A stretch of DNA of 64,000 nt, taken from NCBI GenBank assembly GCA_038882955.1, contig JAVZNC010000004.1, positions 1-64,000 of the forward strand, given 5' to 3'. The translations under genes and the position numbers were made by a program. This stretch comes from Candidatus Bathyarchaeia archaeon (lineage in GTDB: Archaea > Thermoproteota > Bathyarchaeia > Bathyarchaeales > Bathycorpusculaceae). Shown here piece by piece: positions 31,968 through 42,828 of this stretch; the stretch's first letter is position 1, and every line of letters begins with the position of its first letter. The notes below the pieces were generated by a model. That model was given only the letters and a program-made list of their open reading frames with translations, was not told where the DNA came from and made no database searches.

Positions 31968-32750
31968 ATGGAGTACAAGTACATAATTTATGGGAAAAGC
32001 GAGGGCGTAGCCACAATCACCCTTAACAGACCAGAAGCATTGAACGCGTTCAGCAAGGAAGTCGTAGAGGAAGTGCTAAACGCACTAGAGGATGCGAAGG
32101 CAGATGAAAATGTCCGCGTTGTCATATTGACTGGCGCGGGGGAAAAGGCGTTCTCGGCTGGCGCGGACATAAAAGCCATGAAGGGAATGAACGCCTTAAA
32201 AGCGCGAGAACTATCCCTGATGGGCGAGAAGCTTTGCCTCGCATTGGAAAACCTTGAAAAACCAGTTATTGCAGCGATGAATGGCTACGCTTTAGGCGGA
32301 GGCTTAGAAGTGGCTATGGCGTGCGACATACGGATTGCCTCGGAGAACGCTAGAATGGGGCAAACAGAAATAAACATTGGGCTTATTCCAGGCTGGGGAG
32401 GAACCCAAAGGCTTACACGCCTCGTCGGAGCAACAAAAGCCAAGGAGCTGATATTTACTGGAAAAATGATTGACGCCAAAACTGCGGAGCAGATTGGCTT
32501 AGTAAACATGGTTGTTCCCCAGAACAATTTCCGAGAGGCTGTGCGCCAATTCGCTTTGGAACTAGCCCAAAAAGCGCCCGTAGCACTGAAGGTTGCGAAA
32601 GCTTTGATAAATAAGGGTGCAGAAGCAAGCCTTGATGTGGCTTTAGCCTTGGAACGCGAAGGCTTCGGCGTTGTAGCTTCAACAGAAGATTTGCAAGAAG
32701 GTGTATCAGCATTCACGGAGAAAAGGAAACCAGTGTTTAAAGGAAGGTAA
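31968..32750 (+). CDS. crt: Enoyl-CoA hydratase (crotonase)
   Basis: TLNRPEALNA, AFSAGADI, NGYALGGGLE, GQTEINIGLIPGWGGTQRL. Confidence 0.93.
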   Translation: MEYKYIIYGKSEGVATITLNRPEALNAFSKEVVEEVLNALEDAKADENVRVVILTGAGEKAFSAGADIKAMKGMNALKARELSLMGEKLCLALENLEKPVIAAMNGYALGGGLEVAMACDIRIASENARMGQTEINIGLIPGWGGTQRLTRLVGATKAKELIFTGKMIDAKTAEQIGLVNMVVPQNNFREAVRQFALELAQKAPVALKVAKALINKGAEASLDVALALEREGFGVVASTEDLQEGVSAFTEKRKPVFKGR

Positions 32751-32888
32751 GCGTAACTCCCCAATTTTATTTATTATGCCCATTTGCATTTATCGTCAAA
32801 TCAAAGTTAGTTAGCAGCCCTTTTCAACCAAAAGTTATATGTAAAAGCAAAGAGCTAATGGAGACTCTGCTCCCCAGAGGAGAAGAAA

Positions 32889-34769
32889 TTGCCAAACCCA
32901 CGCTTATTGTTAGAAGATAAACCTGATAAAAAAGTGCTTCTACTTGGCAACGAAGCCATAGCCAGAGGCGCCCTAGAAGCAGGCATAAGCGTAGTGACCA
33001 CTTATCCTGGCACGCCAGCATCCGAAATAGGTGATACGTTTTCTGAAGTAGCTGGGGATGCTGGAATTTACATGGAATACTCTACAAACGAGATTGTTGC
33101 GGTTGAGATTGCCGCTGGAGCTGCAAACTGTGGAGTTCGTGCATTAACAGCTATGAAGCATGTTGGGCTTAACGTTGCCGCAGACGCTGTTATGACATTG
33201 GCGTATGTAGGCGTGAAAGGCGGTTATGTTATAGTCACGGCTGATGACCCAGAATGCTATAGTTCACAAAATGAGCAAGACAACAGGTTTTACGCTTCGC
33301 TTTCAAACCTTCCATGCTTAGAACCGTCAAATCCACAAGAGGCAAAGGACATGACCGTTCTAGCAGTGGAAATGAGCGAAAAACTTGAGCTACCAGTTCT
33401 TCTGAGGACAACAACAAGGGTAAGTCACACAAGGGGACCAGTGGCTTATGGCAAGATTGTAAAGCCAAACTTGAAAGGCGAATTTGTTAGAGACGTAAAA
33501 CGCATGGTTATGGTTCCAGCCAACGCGAGGCTTATGCACGCAAGACTTTTAGAAAAGCTGGAGATGGCGAAGGAAGTAAGCGAAAAATCGCCCTATAACG
33601 TGGTAACCCGTAAAGGGAAAGGCGAGTATGGAATAATCTCTTCAAGTGCGGCATACAATTATGTGGAAGAGGCTAGAGAAATTTTGGGCCTAGATGCAAG
33701 CGTGCTAAAGTTGGGTATGACTTATCCGCTTCCAGAGAAAATGATTGGAGAATTTCTCAAGGCGCATGAGAAAATTATAGTTGTTGAGGAGCTTGAACCT
33801 TATCTGGAATTGCATGTGAAAGCCATAGCCAAGGACTATGCTCCAAACGTGAAAATTTACGGAAAAACAAACACAGCATACTTTACAAGGAAGGGAGAGC
33901 TTTCCACACGAGCAGTTTTGGCTGGCATGGCGAAAATAACTGGCAAGAAAATGCCAGTAAACTTTGATAAGCTGGATGCGGCTTACGCGGAAATCAGCAA
34001 GGATTTACCATCAAGACCGCCAATACTGTGCGCTGGTTGTCCGCACATGGCGTCCTTCTACGTTATTGGAAAGGCAACCGGCAAAAAGGCAGTTTACCCA
34101 ACGGACATCGGGTGTTACGCTCTTGGAGCCGCACCGCCACTAAGCATAGGCGACGTGCTAATCTGCATGGGAGCAAGCATAGGCGTAGCCCAAGGCATAA
34201 GTAAGGTTTTGGACAAAGACGTTGTGGCAGTTGTAGGCGACTCAACATTCTTCCACGCGGCAATACCTGGACTGGTAAACGCTGTTTATAACAAGCACAG
34301 AGTTGTACTAGTAGTCTTGGACAATTTAACAACGGCTATGACGGGGCATCAGCCGCATCCGGGAACTGGCAAGACTGGAATGCAGACGCAAGGCGAAAGA
34401 ATCCTGGTCGAGCGGGTTGCGGAAGGATGCGGAGTAAAATACGTTAAGGTTGTTAATCCATTTGATGTTAAGGAGGCTGAAGCCACGCTTAAGGAAGCGC
34501 TTAAACGGGAAGGCGAGCCCTCGGTTATCGTTTTTAGGGCACCATGCGCTCTAATGGTCGTGAGGGAGAGGAGACGCAAAGGCGTGGAAGTAGTGGCTTA
34601 CACGATAACCGATAAATGTACCAACTGCATGGCGTGCATAAAACTTCTAGGCTGTCCAGCGTTAACATTAGAAGACGAAAAAGTAAACATAAATAAGGCG
34701 TTATGCGTTGCTTGTGGACTTTGCGCTGCTGTATGCCCATACGGAGCGATAGAAAAAGGCAAAAGTTGA
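32889..34769 (+). CDS. iorA: Indolepyruvate:ferredoxin oxidoreductase subunit alpha
   Basis: LGNEAIARGA, YPGTPASE, MKHVGLNVAAD, CAGCPH, GDSTFFH, C-terminal ferredoxin motifs. Confidence 0.95.
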   Translation: MPNPRLLLEDKPDKKVLLLGNEAIARGALEAGISVVTTYPGTPASEIGDTFSEVAGDAGIYMEYSTNEIVAVEIAAGAANCGVRALTAMKHVGLNVAADAVMTLAYVGVKGGYVIVTADDPECYSSQNEQDNRFYASLSNLPCLEPSNPQEAKDMTVLAVEMSEKLELPVLLRTTTRVSHTRGPVAYGKIVKPNLKGEFVRDVKRMVMVPANARLMHARLLEKLEMAKEVSEKSPYNVVTRKGKGEYGIISSSAAYNYVEEAREILGLDASVLKLGMTYPLPEKMIGEFLKAHEKIIVVEELEPYLELHVKAIAKDYAPNVKIYGKTNTAYFTRKGELSTRAVLAGMAKITGKKMPVNFDKLDAAYAEISKDLPSRPPILCAGCPHMASFYVIGKATGKKAVYPTDIGCYALGAAPPLSIGDVLICMGASIGVAQGISKVLDKDVVAVVGDSTFFHAAIPGLVNAVYNKHRVVLVVLDNLTTAMTGHQPHPGTGKTGMQTQGERILVERVAEGCGVKYVKVVNPFDVKEAEATLKEALKREGEPSVIVFRAPCALMVVRERRRKGVEVVAYTITDKCTNCMACIKLLGCPALTLEDEKVNINKALCVACGLCAAVCPYGAIEKGKS

Positions 34770-34787
34770 AACGCGGAGAGGCAAACC

Positions 34788-35396
34788 ATGGTTAACGAGT
34801 TTAACATTGTTTTGGCTGGGGTTGGCGGGCAAGGGATTCTTCTGGCAGCTGAAATTCTGGGCACAGCAGCTGTTAAGGATGGTTTGAATGTGCGTGTAAG
34901 CGAGATCCACGGGATGGCTCAACGTGGAGGGGCTGTTGTTTCAAATGTACGGATGGGCGCGAAAGTTTTGGCGCCAACTGTTTTGGATGGAAATGCAAAT
35001 GTTCTTCTCGGTTTTGAACCAATGGAGACGCTTAGGAACATGAAGTTCGCCTCAGAAAAGACAATTGTAATAATGAACAGCGAGAAGATAATGCCGACGG
35101 AGCTGACGGCGAAAAAGGCGAGATATCCAAGCCTAGAAGAGATAATTCAAAGAATAAACACTTTTACAAAAAATGTATTTGTCATTGAAGCTTCTAGGCT
35201 TGCCAAAGAGGCTGGAAACATAATGGCGCAAAACACGGTTTTGCTGGGAGCTTTGGCTGCTGTTGGAAAAATCCCAGTAAAAACCGAAACCTTAATCGAG
35301 GCTTTGCGGGAGCTTGTTCCGCAGAGGCAGTTGAAAGTGAACATTGAAGCGTTTAACCTTGGATATGAAAAGGCAATGGAAATCGCTAAACCCTAA
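34788..35396 (+). CDS. iorB: Indolepyruvate:ferredoxin oxidoreductase subunit beta
   Basis: GVGGQG, SEIHGMAQRGGAV. Confidence 0.94.
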   Translation: MVNEFNIVLAGVGGQGILLAAEILGTAAVKDGLNVRVSEIHGMAQRGGAVVSNVRMGAKVLAPTVLDGNANVLLGFEPMETLRNMKFASEKTIVIMNSEKIMPTELTAKKARYPSLEEIIQRINTFTKNVFVIEASRLAKEAGNIMAQNTVLLGALAAVGKIPVKTETLIEALRELVPQRQLKVNIEAFNLGYEKAMEIAKP

Positions 35397-35403
35397 AAAT
35401 CGG

Positions 35404-35745
35404 CTATGGATTTTCACTTTTTCTGTTCAAAATAGCCTTCAAAATGTTCTGGAATATTCGCATGTCCGAAGCGTTCACTATTGGAATTTGCAGGCTCTTG
35501 TCAACTTCATATAGCTTCTCATATTTTGGGAATTCCGCATAACAGATTTGGCTTATTGGAAACTCTTTGCTTTTCAGTTCATACTCAAATGACTTCTCAT
35601 AAACCTCTAGGCAAAGCAAGTAACCGCTAACCCAGTAAAGCCTATTCACGCCGTAGGTTGTGGCGCACCATGCTATGTCGCCTACTGAACGCTTGTCCAA
35701 GCCTAAAATTGTGACTTTTCTTGTTGGAGTAATTTCCACGTCCAT
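35404..35745 (-). CDS. Conserved hypothetical archaeal protein
   Basis: 113-aa ORF 6 nt downstream of xpf on the same strand. Confidence 0.7.
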   Translation of the reverse strand: MDVEITPTRKVTILGLDKRSVGDIAWCATTYGVNRLYWVSGYLLCLEVYEKSFEYELKSKEFPISQICYAEFPKYEKLYEVDKSLQIPIVNASDMRIFQNILKAILNRKSENP

Positions 35746-35751
35746 TTTCTT

Positions 35752-36459
35752 TCATCCTTTAAATGGCGTTTTCAATACTTCCTTAACTTTTGCTGTTATT
35801 TTCGGTCCAAGACCATAAACAGTTCTAGACCAGTCATCCATGCTTATTAAGGCGTTTAACGGCGTCTGATAGGATTTAAGTATTGCTATGGCTTTCTCCC
35901 TTCCAATGTTGGGCAAACTCGCAATAAAATAGACTTGAGCATCCGAAACCGTCTCGCATTTTTTAGCTGGATGAACTGTTGGAACTCTCTTTTCAACAAT
36001 CTGTTCTTGACGGGCTGCAACGTAAAGGAAGTCTATAGTCTCCTTGTAAGAGGTTGTGTTCACTATAGCCACACCGTTCTTTGCAAGATTAAAGAGCGCT
36101 CCCCAAACAGACACGGGTTGGATTCTGCTAAACTTGTAAATTATTGGCAAATAACCCTCCAGGAGAATAAGCGACTTGGGATAAACCTCCTTCAAAGTGA
36201 AAAGCTGTTCAAAAAGATAGCGGTGCGTAAGCGTATAAACAAAGTCCTGAACGGTTTTTCGCTCAACAGCGCACTCGTCAGACAAAACGTAGTCGCCCTT
36301 ATCCAACGTTTCAATCCTAACTTTAACGCCGTGCTCTCGAAGACCCTTGACGATTTTCGCCGCAGAATTAGCCTCACGACTATCAACAATAATCGTTGGT
36401 TCATGTTCATCGCATTTTTTCTCTTTCAAATATGGAACCAAACTTTCAGTTCCGGACAT
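35752..36459 (-). CDS. xpf: Short XPF/ERCC4 structure-specific endonuclease (nuclease plus HhH2)
   Basis: IVDSRE, GDY..SDECAVERKT..DF, LPNIG..KA, YGLGPK. Confidence 0.9.
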   Translation of the reverse strand: MSGTESLVPYLKEKKCDEHEPTIIVDSREANSAAKIVKGLREHGVKVRIETLDKGDYVLSDECAVERKTVQDFVYTLTHRYLFEQLFTLKEVYPKSLILLEGYLPIIYKFSRIQPVSVWGALFNLAKNGVAIVNTTSYKETIDFLYVAARQEQIVEKRVPTVHPAKKCETVSDAQVYFIASLPNIGREKAIAILKSYQTPLNALISMDDWSRTVYGLGPKITAKVKEVLKTPFKG

Positions 36460-36575
36460 AAACTCAACTCAGATGCGCATATAACCGAACAGAAACTAAT
36501 AGTTTCCCACTGATAAAACTTAACCCTAATAGCCTTAACTAAAACCACTAAAATATAAAAATGAGAGAAGGTGAG

Positions 36576-37880
36576 TTATGGTCCTTTCTTTGTTATTTCT
36601 TTGACCACTCCAGCGGCTATTGTTGTGCCCATGTCCCTAACTGCGAATCGCCCAAGCTCTGGAAAATCTTGATAGGTTTCAACTGCGATTGGGTGAAGAG
36701 GCTCCATCCGCACAAGTGCGGCGTCTCCAGTCTTCAGGAAAGATGGCTTTTCCTCAACAACTTGTCCTGAGCGTGGGTCAATCTTTCTAATGAGCTCTGT
36801 AAACCTGCATGCAATCTGTCCAGTGTGATAGTGTAGCACTGGCGTGTAGCCAGCTGCGATGGCAGTTGGATGGTAAATCACGATTATTTGTCCAATAAAC
36901 TCTTTAGCCACTGTTGGTGGATTATTAACGTGTCCGCACACGTCTCCGCGGCGAATATCTGTTTTTGCTATGCCCCTAACGTTGAAGCCTATGTTGTCGC
37001 CTGGTTCTGCCCTTGGTATTCGCTGATGGTGCATTTCTATTGATTTAACTTCACCTTGCTTGTTGGCTGGCATGAAAATGACCACATCGCCTTCTTTTAG
37101 AACACCCGTTTCAACCCTACCAACAGGGACTGTGCCGACACCTGTAATGCTGTAGACGTCTTGAACTGGAATGCGCAGTGGCTTGTCTAATGGTTTTGGT
37201 GGAATTTCAAAAGTGTCCAAGGCGTCAATCAGCGTTGGACCTTTGTACCATGGCATTTTTTCGCTTGGTTTAACGAGGTTGTCGCCAGTCCACCCTGAAG
37301 TTGGCACAAACGGGATTTTCTCAACCTTGTAGCCAACCATCCTAAGCATTCGGCTAACTTCATTTTTAATCTCGTTGTAGCGCTCCTCGCTCCAGTTAAC
37401 AGAGGCGTCGTCCATCTTGTTGACCGCAACAACCAATTGGCGAACACCCAAAGTGAACGCCAAGAAAGCGTGTTCTCTCGTTTGTCCACCAGGACCAATG
37501 CCAGCCTCAAACTCGCCTCTTTTCGCTGATACAAAGAGTATGGCGCCGTCTGCTTGACTTGCGCCTGTAATCATGTTTTTAACGAAGTCTCTGTGTCCAG
37601 GCGCGTCAATAACTGTGAAATAGTACCTTTTGGTTTCGAACTTTAGGAATCGAAGGTCAATTGTTAAGCCTCTTTCCCTTTCTTCCTTGAGGTTGTCGAG
37701 TACCCATGCAAACTTGAATGTTTCCTTTCCAAGCTTTCTAGCTTCTTCTTCATACTGCTTCACAGTTCTCTCGTCAACAACGCCCGCCAAGTAAAGCAAG
37801 TGCCCTGTTGTCGTTGATTTTCCATGGTCTACGTGTCCCATAATCACTAGGTTCAAGTGTGGCTTTTCCGGTCTGCTCAT
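36576..37880 (-). CDS. tuf: Translation elongation factor EF-1alpha
   Basis: [43 protein letters not shown]. Confidence 0.98.
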   Translation of the reverse strand: MSRPEKPHLNLVIMGHVDHGKSTTTGHLLYLAGVVDERTVKQYEEEARKLGKETFKFAWVLDNLKEERERGLTIDLRFLKFETKRYYFTVIDAPGHRDFVKNMITGASQADGAILFVSAKRGEFEAGIGPGGQTREHAFLAFTLGVRQLVVAVNKMDDASVNWSEERYNEIKNEVSRMLRMVGYKVEKIPFVPTSGWTGDNLVKPSEKMPWYKGPTLIDALDTFEIPPKPLDKPLRIPVQDVYSITGVGTVPVGRVETGVLKEGDVVIFMPANKQGEVKSIEMHHQRIPRAEPGDNIGFNVRGIAKTDIRRGDVCGHVNNPPTVAKEFIGQIIVIYHPTAIAAGYTPVLHYHTGQIACRFTELIRKIDPRSGQVVEEKPSFLKTGDAALVRMEPLHPIAVETYQDFPELGRFAVRDMGTTIAAGVVKEITKKGP

Positions 37881-38032
37881 TTTCCTTTTCCTCCATCATT
37901 TACCTTCTAAACCTAAACTTTTTAGTGGATTCGTTTTACACAACTGTTTAATCAATTATTTAAATATAACCATTTAGCGGAAATCAGAAAAACTAATATT
38001 CTAATCGAAGAAACCTAGAAATGGTGTACTAG

Positions 38033-38347
<315 letters not shown>

Positions 38348-38431
38348 GCGGCGAATTTAGTATAGCCTCTCCCTTTCTTCCGTACAAGTTACAAAAAATG
38401 GGAATAGGCAAGTTGGATTAGGCTAAAAATT

Positions 38432-39052
38432 TTAGTGCATTGCTTCTTTGAGTCTTTTGTTAACTGCGTCCCAGTTTATAATGTTCCAGAAAGCGTCAAC
38501 AAACTTTGCTCTTTCATTCTTATAATCTATGTAGTAGGTGTGCTCAAAGACGTCTAAAATCATCAGAATCTTAAACGTGGGATAAACATTCATGTTATGC
38601 TTCTCTATCTGCATAATTATTGGCCTACTTGTCTGCTTGCAGAAAGCCAAAGCAGCCCATCCAGAACCTTCAACGCTAACAGCCGCTTGCGTAAATTCCT
38701 TCCTAAACCTTTCAAAACTCTTGAACTCCTTTTCAATTGCGTCGCCTATAATATCTCCTGGTTTTCCGCCGCCCTTGCCAGTTGGAGCCAAGTTCTCCCA
38801 AAACAGCGAGTGCAACAAGTGCCCGCCAATGTTGAAGGATAACTCCTTCAATGTGGATTTCATGTCTAAATCCGTGTTTTCCTTTCTTGCGTTGTCAAGT
38901 TTTTGGAGTATGGCGTTGGCGCCGTTAACATATGCTTGATGATGCTTGCTGTGGTGTATACGCAACTGTTCCTCTGACATGTGCGGCGCCAAGTCTCCGT
39001 ATCCATAGGACAGTTTTGGCAAAACGTAAAACTTGTTCTGTTCCATATGCAT
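38432..39052 (-). CDS. sod: Fe/Mn superoxide dismutase
   Basis: [31 protein letters not shown]. Confidence 0.95.
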   Translation of the reverse strand: MHMEQNKFYVLPKLSYGYGDLAPHMSEEQLRIHHSKHHQAYVNGANAILQKLDNARKENTDLDMKSTLKELSFNIGGHLLHSLFWENLAPTGKGGGKPGDIIGDAIEKEFKSFERFRKEFTQAAVSVEGSGWAALAFCKQTSRPIIMQIEKHNMNVYPTFKILMILDVFEHTYYIDYKNERAKFVDAFWNIINWDAVNKRLKEAMH

Positions 39053-39120
39053 TCACACAATAATATCTCATTTTACTTGTTATATGCCTTTGCCCAACTC
39101 CGCAGCAACTGCTTCAGCTG

Positions 39121-39399
39121 TCAGGTTAGCTCTTCTACTTCTTTTTTGCCCTTTTCCAACTCTTTCACTTGCTCCTTGTCAAGCTTCAAGAGTAGCGCTT
39201 GAAATTCTCCGAAATGGGTTTTCTCTTCCTTGGCAATTTCCAAAAACACTTTCTTCAAGTCTTCATTTTCGGTTGAGGCAGCTAACTGTTCGTAAAGGTT
39301 TATTGCATCCAACTCAGCGATTATGCCAACGCGCAATATCTCCAAATCAACTTCACGTTTGCTTAATTTCGAAATTGACGAAGGAATTGTTGACAACAT
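39121..39399 (-). CDS. Short ferritin-like protein (encapsulated-ferritin/rubrerythrin-like)
   Basis: IIAELDAINLYEQ..IAKEEKTHFGEF (ExxH). Confidence 0.88.
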   Translation of the reverse strand: MLSTIPSSISKLSKREVDLEILRVGIIAELDAINLYEQLAASTENEDLKKVFLEIAKEEKTHFGEFQALLLKLDKEQVKELEKGKKEVEELT

Positions 39400-39495
39400 G
39401 TCGGTCTAACACCTCCACTTTCTATTAATTCAATGATGCACATATCTTAAATAGGTGTACTCATAAAACTTTGCCATCAAACCGTGGTGAAACCT

Positions 39496-39657
39496 TTGGA
39501 AAAATGGGAATGCACAATATGCGGTTACATTTACGATCCAGAAGTTGGCGACGCAGAGCATGGAATACCGCCTGGAACACCCTTCGAAAAGCTTCCAGAA
39601 GATTGGGTTTGCCCAATTTGCGGTGCACCAAAAGACCAATTTGTAAAGAAAGGATAG
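39496..39657 (+). CDS. rub: Rubredoxin (53 aa), absent from the ORF track
   Basis: Manual translation from TTG after GGTGA: [53 protein letters not shown]. Confidence 0.95.
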   Translation: MEKWECTICGYIYDPEVGDAEHGIPPGTPFEKLPEDWVCPICGAPKDQFVKKG

Positions 39658-39727
39658 TAGAAACTTTTTATCTAGCTACATCCTACATTCAATATGCGCG
39701 TCGAAGGCGTTTTATGAAGGATTAACC

Positions 39728-41821
39728 ATGCCAATTACAAAAATAAGGAAACGGGATGGAACGCTCGCGGATTTTGACCCTGACAGGATTAAGGATGCTG
39801 TTCATAAGGCTTTCATTGCTGTTGAGTTGGGGAACGGAGAAAAGGCAGAAACCATAACGAAGGAAGTTGTCAAAATTTTAGAGGAGAGGTTCAGGGAGAA
39901 AGTTCCATCAGTTGAGGATGCGCAGGACACTGTTATAGAAGTTTTGAGGAAGGGCGGCTACGAAAGAGTTGCGGAAGAATACAAAGCCTATAGGGAAAAG
40001 AAGGACGAAATTAGAAGTTTGAGGCAAACGCTTGGAATTCCAGAGCCAAAACTAACCGTTAACGCCTTGGAAGTTCTGAATAGGCGGTACCTCCTAAAAG
40101 ACGAGACTGAAAGAATCGTTGAAACTCCACACCAAATGTTTATGAGAGTCGCAAAAGCCATAGCAAGAGTCGACAAGGGATACGGCGAAAACCCAGATGA
40201 AAGCGAAAAAACCTTTTACGAGATGATGGCGCGACTTGAGTTCATACCTAACTCTCCAACTCTCTTTAACGCTGGAACAGAGCTAGGTCAACTTTCCGCA
40301 TGCTTCGTCCTACCAGTTGAAGATTCCTTGGAGAGTATTTTCACAGCTGTTAAAAACATGGCTTTAATCGAGAAAAGCGGTGGAGGCGTAGGATTTGACT
40401 TCTCCAAACTAAGACCAAACGGGGACATAGTAAGGTCAACGAAAGGTGTAGCATCAGGGCCGGTGAGCTTCATGAGGGTTTTTGACACGGCTACGGAAGT
40501 GATTAAAGCTGGTGGAAAACGCAGAGGCGCCATGATGGGAATATTGCGTGTTGACCATCCAGACATTATCGAGTTCATCACGTCAAAGCAGAAGCCAGGC
40601 TTCCTCTCAAACTTCAACATTTCAGTCGCGGTCATGGACGAATTCATGAGCGTCGTAGAGAACGATGAGGAGTATTGGCTTGTTAACCCAAGAAATGGGG
40701 AAAAAGTAAAGAGGCTTAAAGCCAAAAGCGTTTGGAATTTGATGACAGAATCAGCATGGGCAAGCGGAGACCCAGGCGTAATATTCATAGATGAGATTGA
40801 TAGGCACAATCCGACACCAGAAGTGGGCAAAATAGAAGCCACGAATCCGTGTGGTGAGCAGCCGCTTTTGCCTTATGAGTCTTGTAATTTGGGTTCTATT
40901 AACCTTTCGCGGATGGTTGTGGATGGCAAAGTGGATTGGGACAAGCTTAGGGAAACCGTGCGGAACGCTGTTCACTTTCTTGACAATGTTATTGACGCGA
41001 ATAGGTATCCTTTGAAGGAGATAGAGGCCATAACAAGGGCTAATAGGAAGATAGGTTTAGGCGTTATGGGTTTTGCTGACATGCTGATTAAGCTTGGGAT
41101 TCGCTATGATTCTGAAGAAGCCTTACAGCTTGCTGAAAGACTCATGGGGTTCATTGATGAAGAGGCACATAAAAAGTCCATGGAAATTGCCGAGGAACGC
41201 GGTTCTTTTCCAAACTTTGAGAAAAGCATTTGGAAAGACAAGTATAAAGCCATGCGCAACGCTACGGTGACAACAATAGCGCCGACTGGAAGCATAAGCA
41301 TAATTGCTGGTTGCTCCTCTGGAATTGAGCCAATATTTGCAATTTCGTTCATTAGGAACGTGCTTGGCGGAACAAGACTTTTCGAGACTAACCCGCTATT
41401 CGAGTTGGTAGCAAAAGAAAAGGGCTTTTACAGCGCTAAGCTTCTGGAAGAAATTGCGAAAACGGGTTCTGTGCAGAAAATTGATGGGGTTCCAGAAGAT
41501 GTTAAGAGAATATTTGTTACGGCGCTGGATATTGCTCCAGAGTGGCACGTGAAGATGCAAGCAGCCTTTCAGAAGTACACAGATAACGCTGTTTCAAAAA
41601 CGGTCAACATGCCCACAAACGCGACGGTCGAGGATGTTAAGAGGGTTTACGAACTTGCTTGGAAACTGAAGTGTAAGGGCATAACCGTATTCCGTTATGG
41701 AAGCAAGCCTGAACAAGTGCTTTATATAGGCGAGGTCGAAGCGAAAGAGGCAAAATTCGTGACTGCAGAGTCAGAATATGCTGGTGGCTGCCCAACAAAA
41801 ACTTGTCCGTTTCCAGGCTAG
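39728..41821 (+). CDS. nrdJ: Class II (adenosylcobalamin-dependent) ribonucleotide reductase with ATP cone
   Basis: KIRKRDG ATP cone, [30 protein letters not shown]-terminal Cys pair. Confidence 0.94.
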   Translation: MPITKIRKRDGTLADFDPDRIKDAVHKAFIAVELGNGEKAETITKEVVKILEERFREKVPSVEDAQDTVIEVLRKGGYERVAEEYKAYREKKDEIRSLRQTLGIPEPKLTVNALEVLNRRYLLKDETERIVETPHQMFMRVAKAIARVDKGYGENPDESEKTFYEMMARLEFIPNSPTLFNAGTELGQLSACFVLPVEDSLESIFTAVKNMALIEKSGGGVGFDFSKLRPNGDIVRSTKGVASGPVSFMRVFDTATEVIKAGGKRRGAMMGILRVDHPDIIEFITSKQKPGFLSNFNISVAVMDEFMSVVENDEEYWLVNPRNGEKVKRLKAKSVWNLMTESAWASGDPGVIFIDEIDRHNPTPEVGKIEATNPCGEQPLLPYESCNLGSINLSRMVVDGKVDWDKLRETVRNAVHFLDNVIDANRYPLKEIEAITRANRKIGLGVMGFADMLIKLGIRYDSEEALQLAERLMGFIDEEAHKKSMEIAEERGSFPNFEKSIWKDKYKAMRNATVTTIAPTGSISIIAGCSSGIEPIFAISFIRNVLGGTRLFETNPLFELVAKEKGFYSAKLLEEIAKTGSVQKIDGVPEDVKRIFVTALDIAPEWHVKMQAAFQKYTDNAVSKTVNMPTNATVEDVKRVYELAWKLKCKGITVFRYGSKPEQVLYIGEVEAKEAKFVTAESEYAGGCPTKTCPFPG

Positions 41822-41837
41822 AGTGAGGCACTTCACT

Positions 41838-42152
41838 TCATTTTTGTATCTGTATTTCCCTGTTTTCCATGATGGCTTTAACAATTTTTTCTCTTGCGCT
41901 TTCAACAAGCCGCCAGACAGTGTTTCGTGAAACACCCATTTTTGCTCCTGCTTCTTCAAAAGAAAGTTTCTCCAAGTCTATCAATTTTAAGGCTTCAACT
42001 TCAGCCAAGTCCAATGTTATAGGGGCTGCGTTTCCAAGCGGCGTTGGAACAAGTTTTTGAGTTGTAAATGTTGATGTGATAACAATTGGTTTTGGTGGTC
42101 TTCCAACGCGTCCACATCTGCGTCTTCTTCTGTGGCAACAGTGGCGTTTCAT
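41838..42152 (-). CDS. DUF134 putative DNA-binding protein
   Basis: GRPPK..EVEALKLIDLE.LSFEEAG.KMGVSR.TVWR. Confidence 0.88.
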   Translation of the reverse strand: MKRHCCHRRRRRCGRVGRPPKPIVITSTFTTQKLVPTPLGNAAPITLDLAEVEALKLIDLEKLSFEEAGAKMGVSRNTVWRLVESAREKIVKAIMENREIQIQK

Positions 42153-42159
42153 GATTATC

Positions 42160-42217
42160 GTGATATATCACAAAACTTAAATAGTTTGCTTCGTATTATG
42201 TGATATATCACATAATA
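42160..42217. promoter_or_regulatory. Twin palindromic operators in a divergent promoter
   Basis: gtgatatatcac at 42160-42171; perfect 24-bp palindrome tattatgtgatatatcacataata at 42194-42217; TATA-like cttaaata between them. Confidence 0.8.
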
Positions 42218-42231
42218 GAGGTTATACAATC

Positions 42232-42456
42232 ATGGGTTGGCGTTACGCGCCAAGAGGATGGTGGTGCCCAAGACATCCATGGCCTCCAGCGTGGGCTAGA
42301 GCCTATGGTTATCCAGCAACGTATTATCCGTACACGGCTGAGCCGCAAGAGGAAATCAAGGCGTTAGAGAATCTAAAGAGAGACTTGGAGTTTGAATTGT
42401 CAGAAATTAGCAAGAGGATTAAGGAACTAAAAAGGCTAATTCAAGAAAAGAAATGA
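42232..42456 (+). CDS. DUF5320-like small protein
   Basis: G/W/P/Y-rich N-terminus (CPRHPWPP) followed by a coiled coil; next to DUF134 and NifX. Confidence 0.7.
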   Translation: MGWRYAPRGWWCPRHPWPPAWARAYGYPATYYPYTAEPQEEIKALENLKRDLEFELSEISKRIKELKRLIQEKK

Positions 42457-42463
42457 TGAGAGC

Positions 42464-42817
42464 ATGACGGCAAAAGCCGAGCGTTTACGTGTGGCGGTTA
42501 CAACAGAAGGCGACAAAGGCATTGAAGATAAAATCTCACATGGACTAGGTCGCAGCAAAACATTTACAATTCTGGACATTGAAAGCGGCGAAATTAAAAA
42601 GGTAGAGGTAATACAAAATCCTGTAGAATCCGTCAATCACGGTAAAGGTCCGATTTTAGCAAGACACTCGGCAAACATTAATGTGAAAGTGGTGATTGCA
42701 AGTGAGGTTGGTCCTGGAGCTTTGGCAATGCTTAACGTGTACGGAATTAGAGTGTTAAGGGCGACTTACGGCGAGACTGTTTTGGAAGCTTTGAGGGGCA
42801 ACTCTCTGATAAGGTAA
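42464..42817 (+). CDS. NifB/NifX family (FeMo-co binding-like) protein
   Basis: RVAVTT..ISHGLGRSKTFTI..IQNP..GPGA. Confidence 0.85.
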   Translation: MTAKAERLRVAVTTEGDKGIEDKISHGLGRSKTFTILDIESGEIKKVEVIQNPVESVNHGKGPILARHSANINVKVVIASEVGPGALAMLNVYGIRVLRATYGETVLEALRGNSLIR

Positions 42818-42828
42818 GTTGCTTTACT

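Noticed and set aside
39070-39123. Possible TGA (selenocysteine) readthrough after the ferritin-like gene
   Set aside because: The extension is short and unremarkable, not at a Cys-equivalent position, and no SECIS-like element is seen
39471-39725. 84-aa ORF from the track
   Set aside because: Overlaps a clear rubredoxin in another frame
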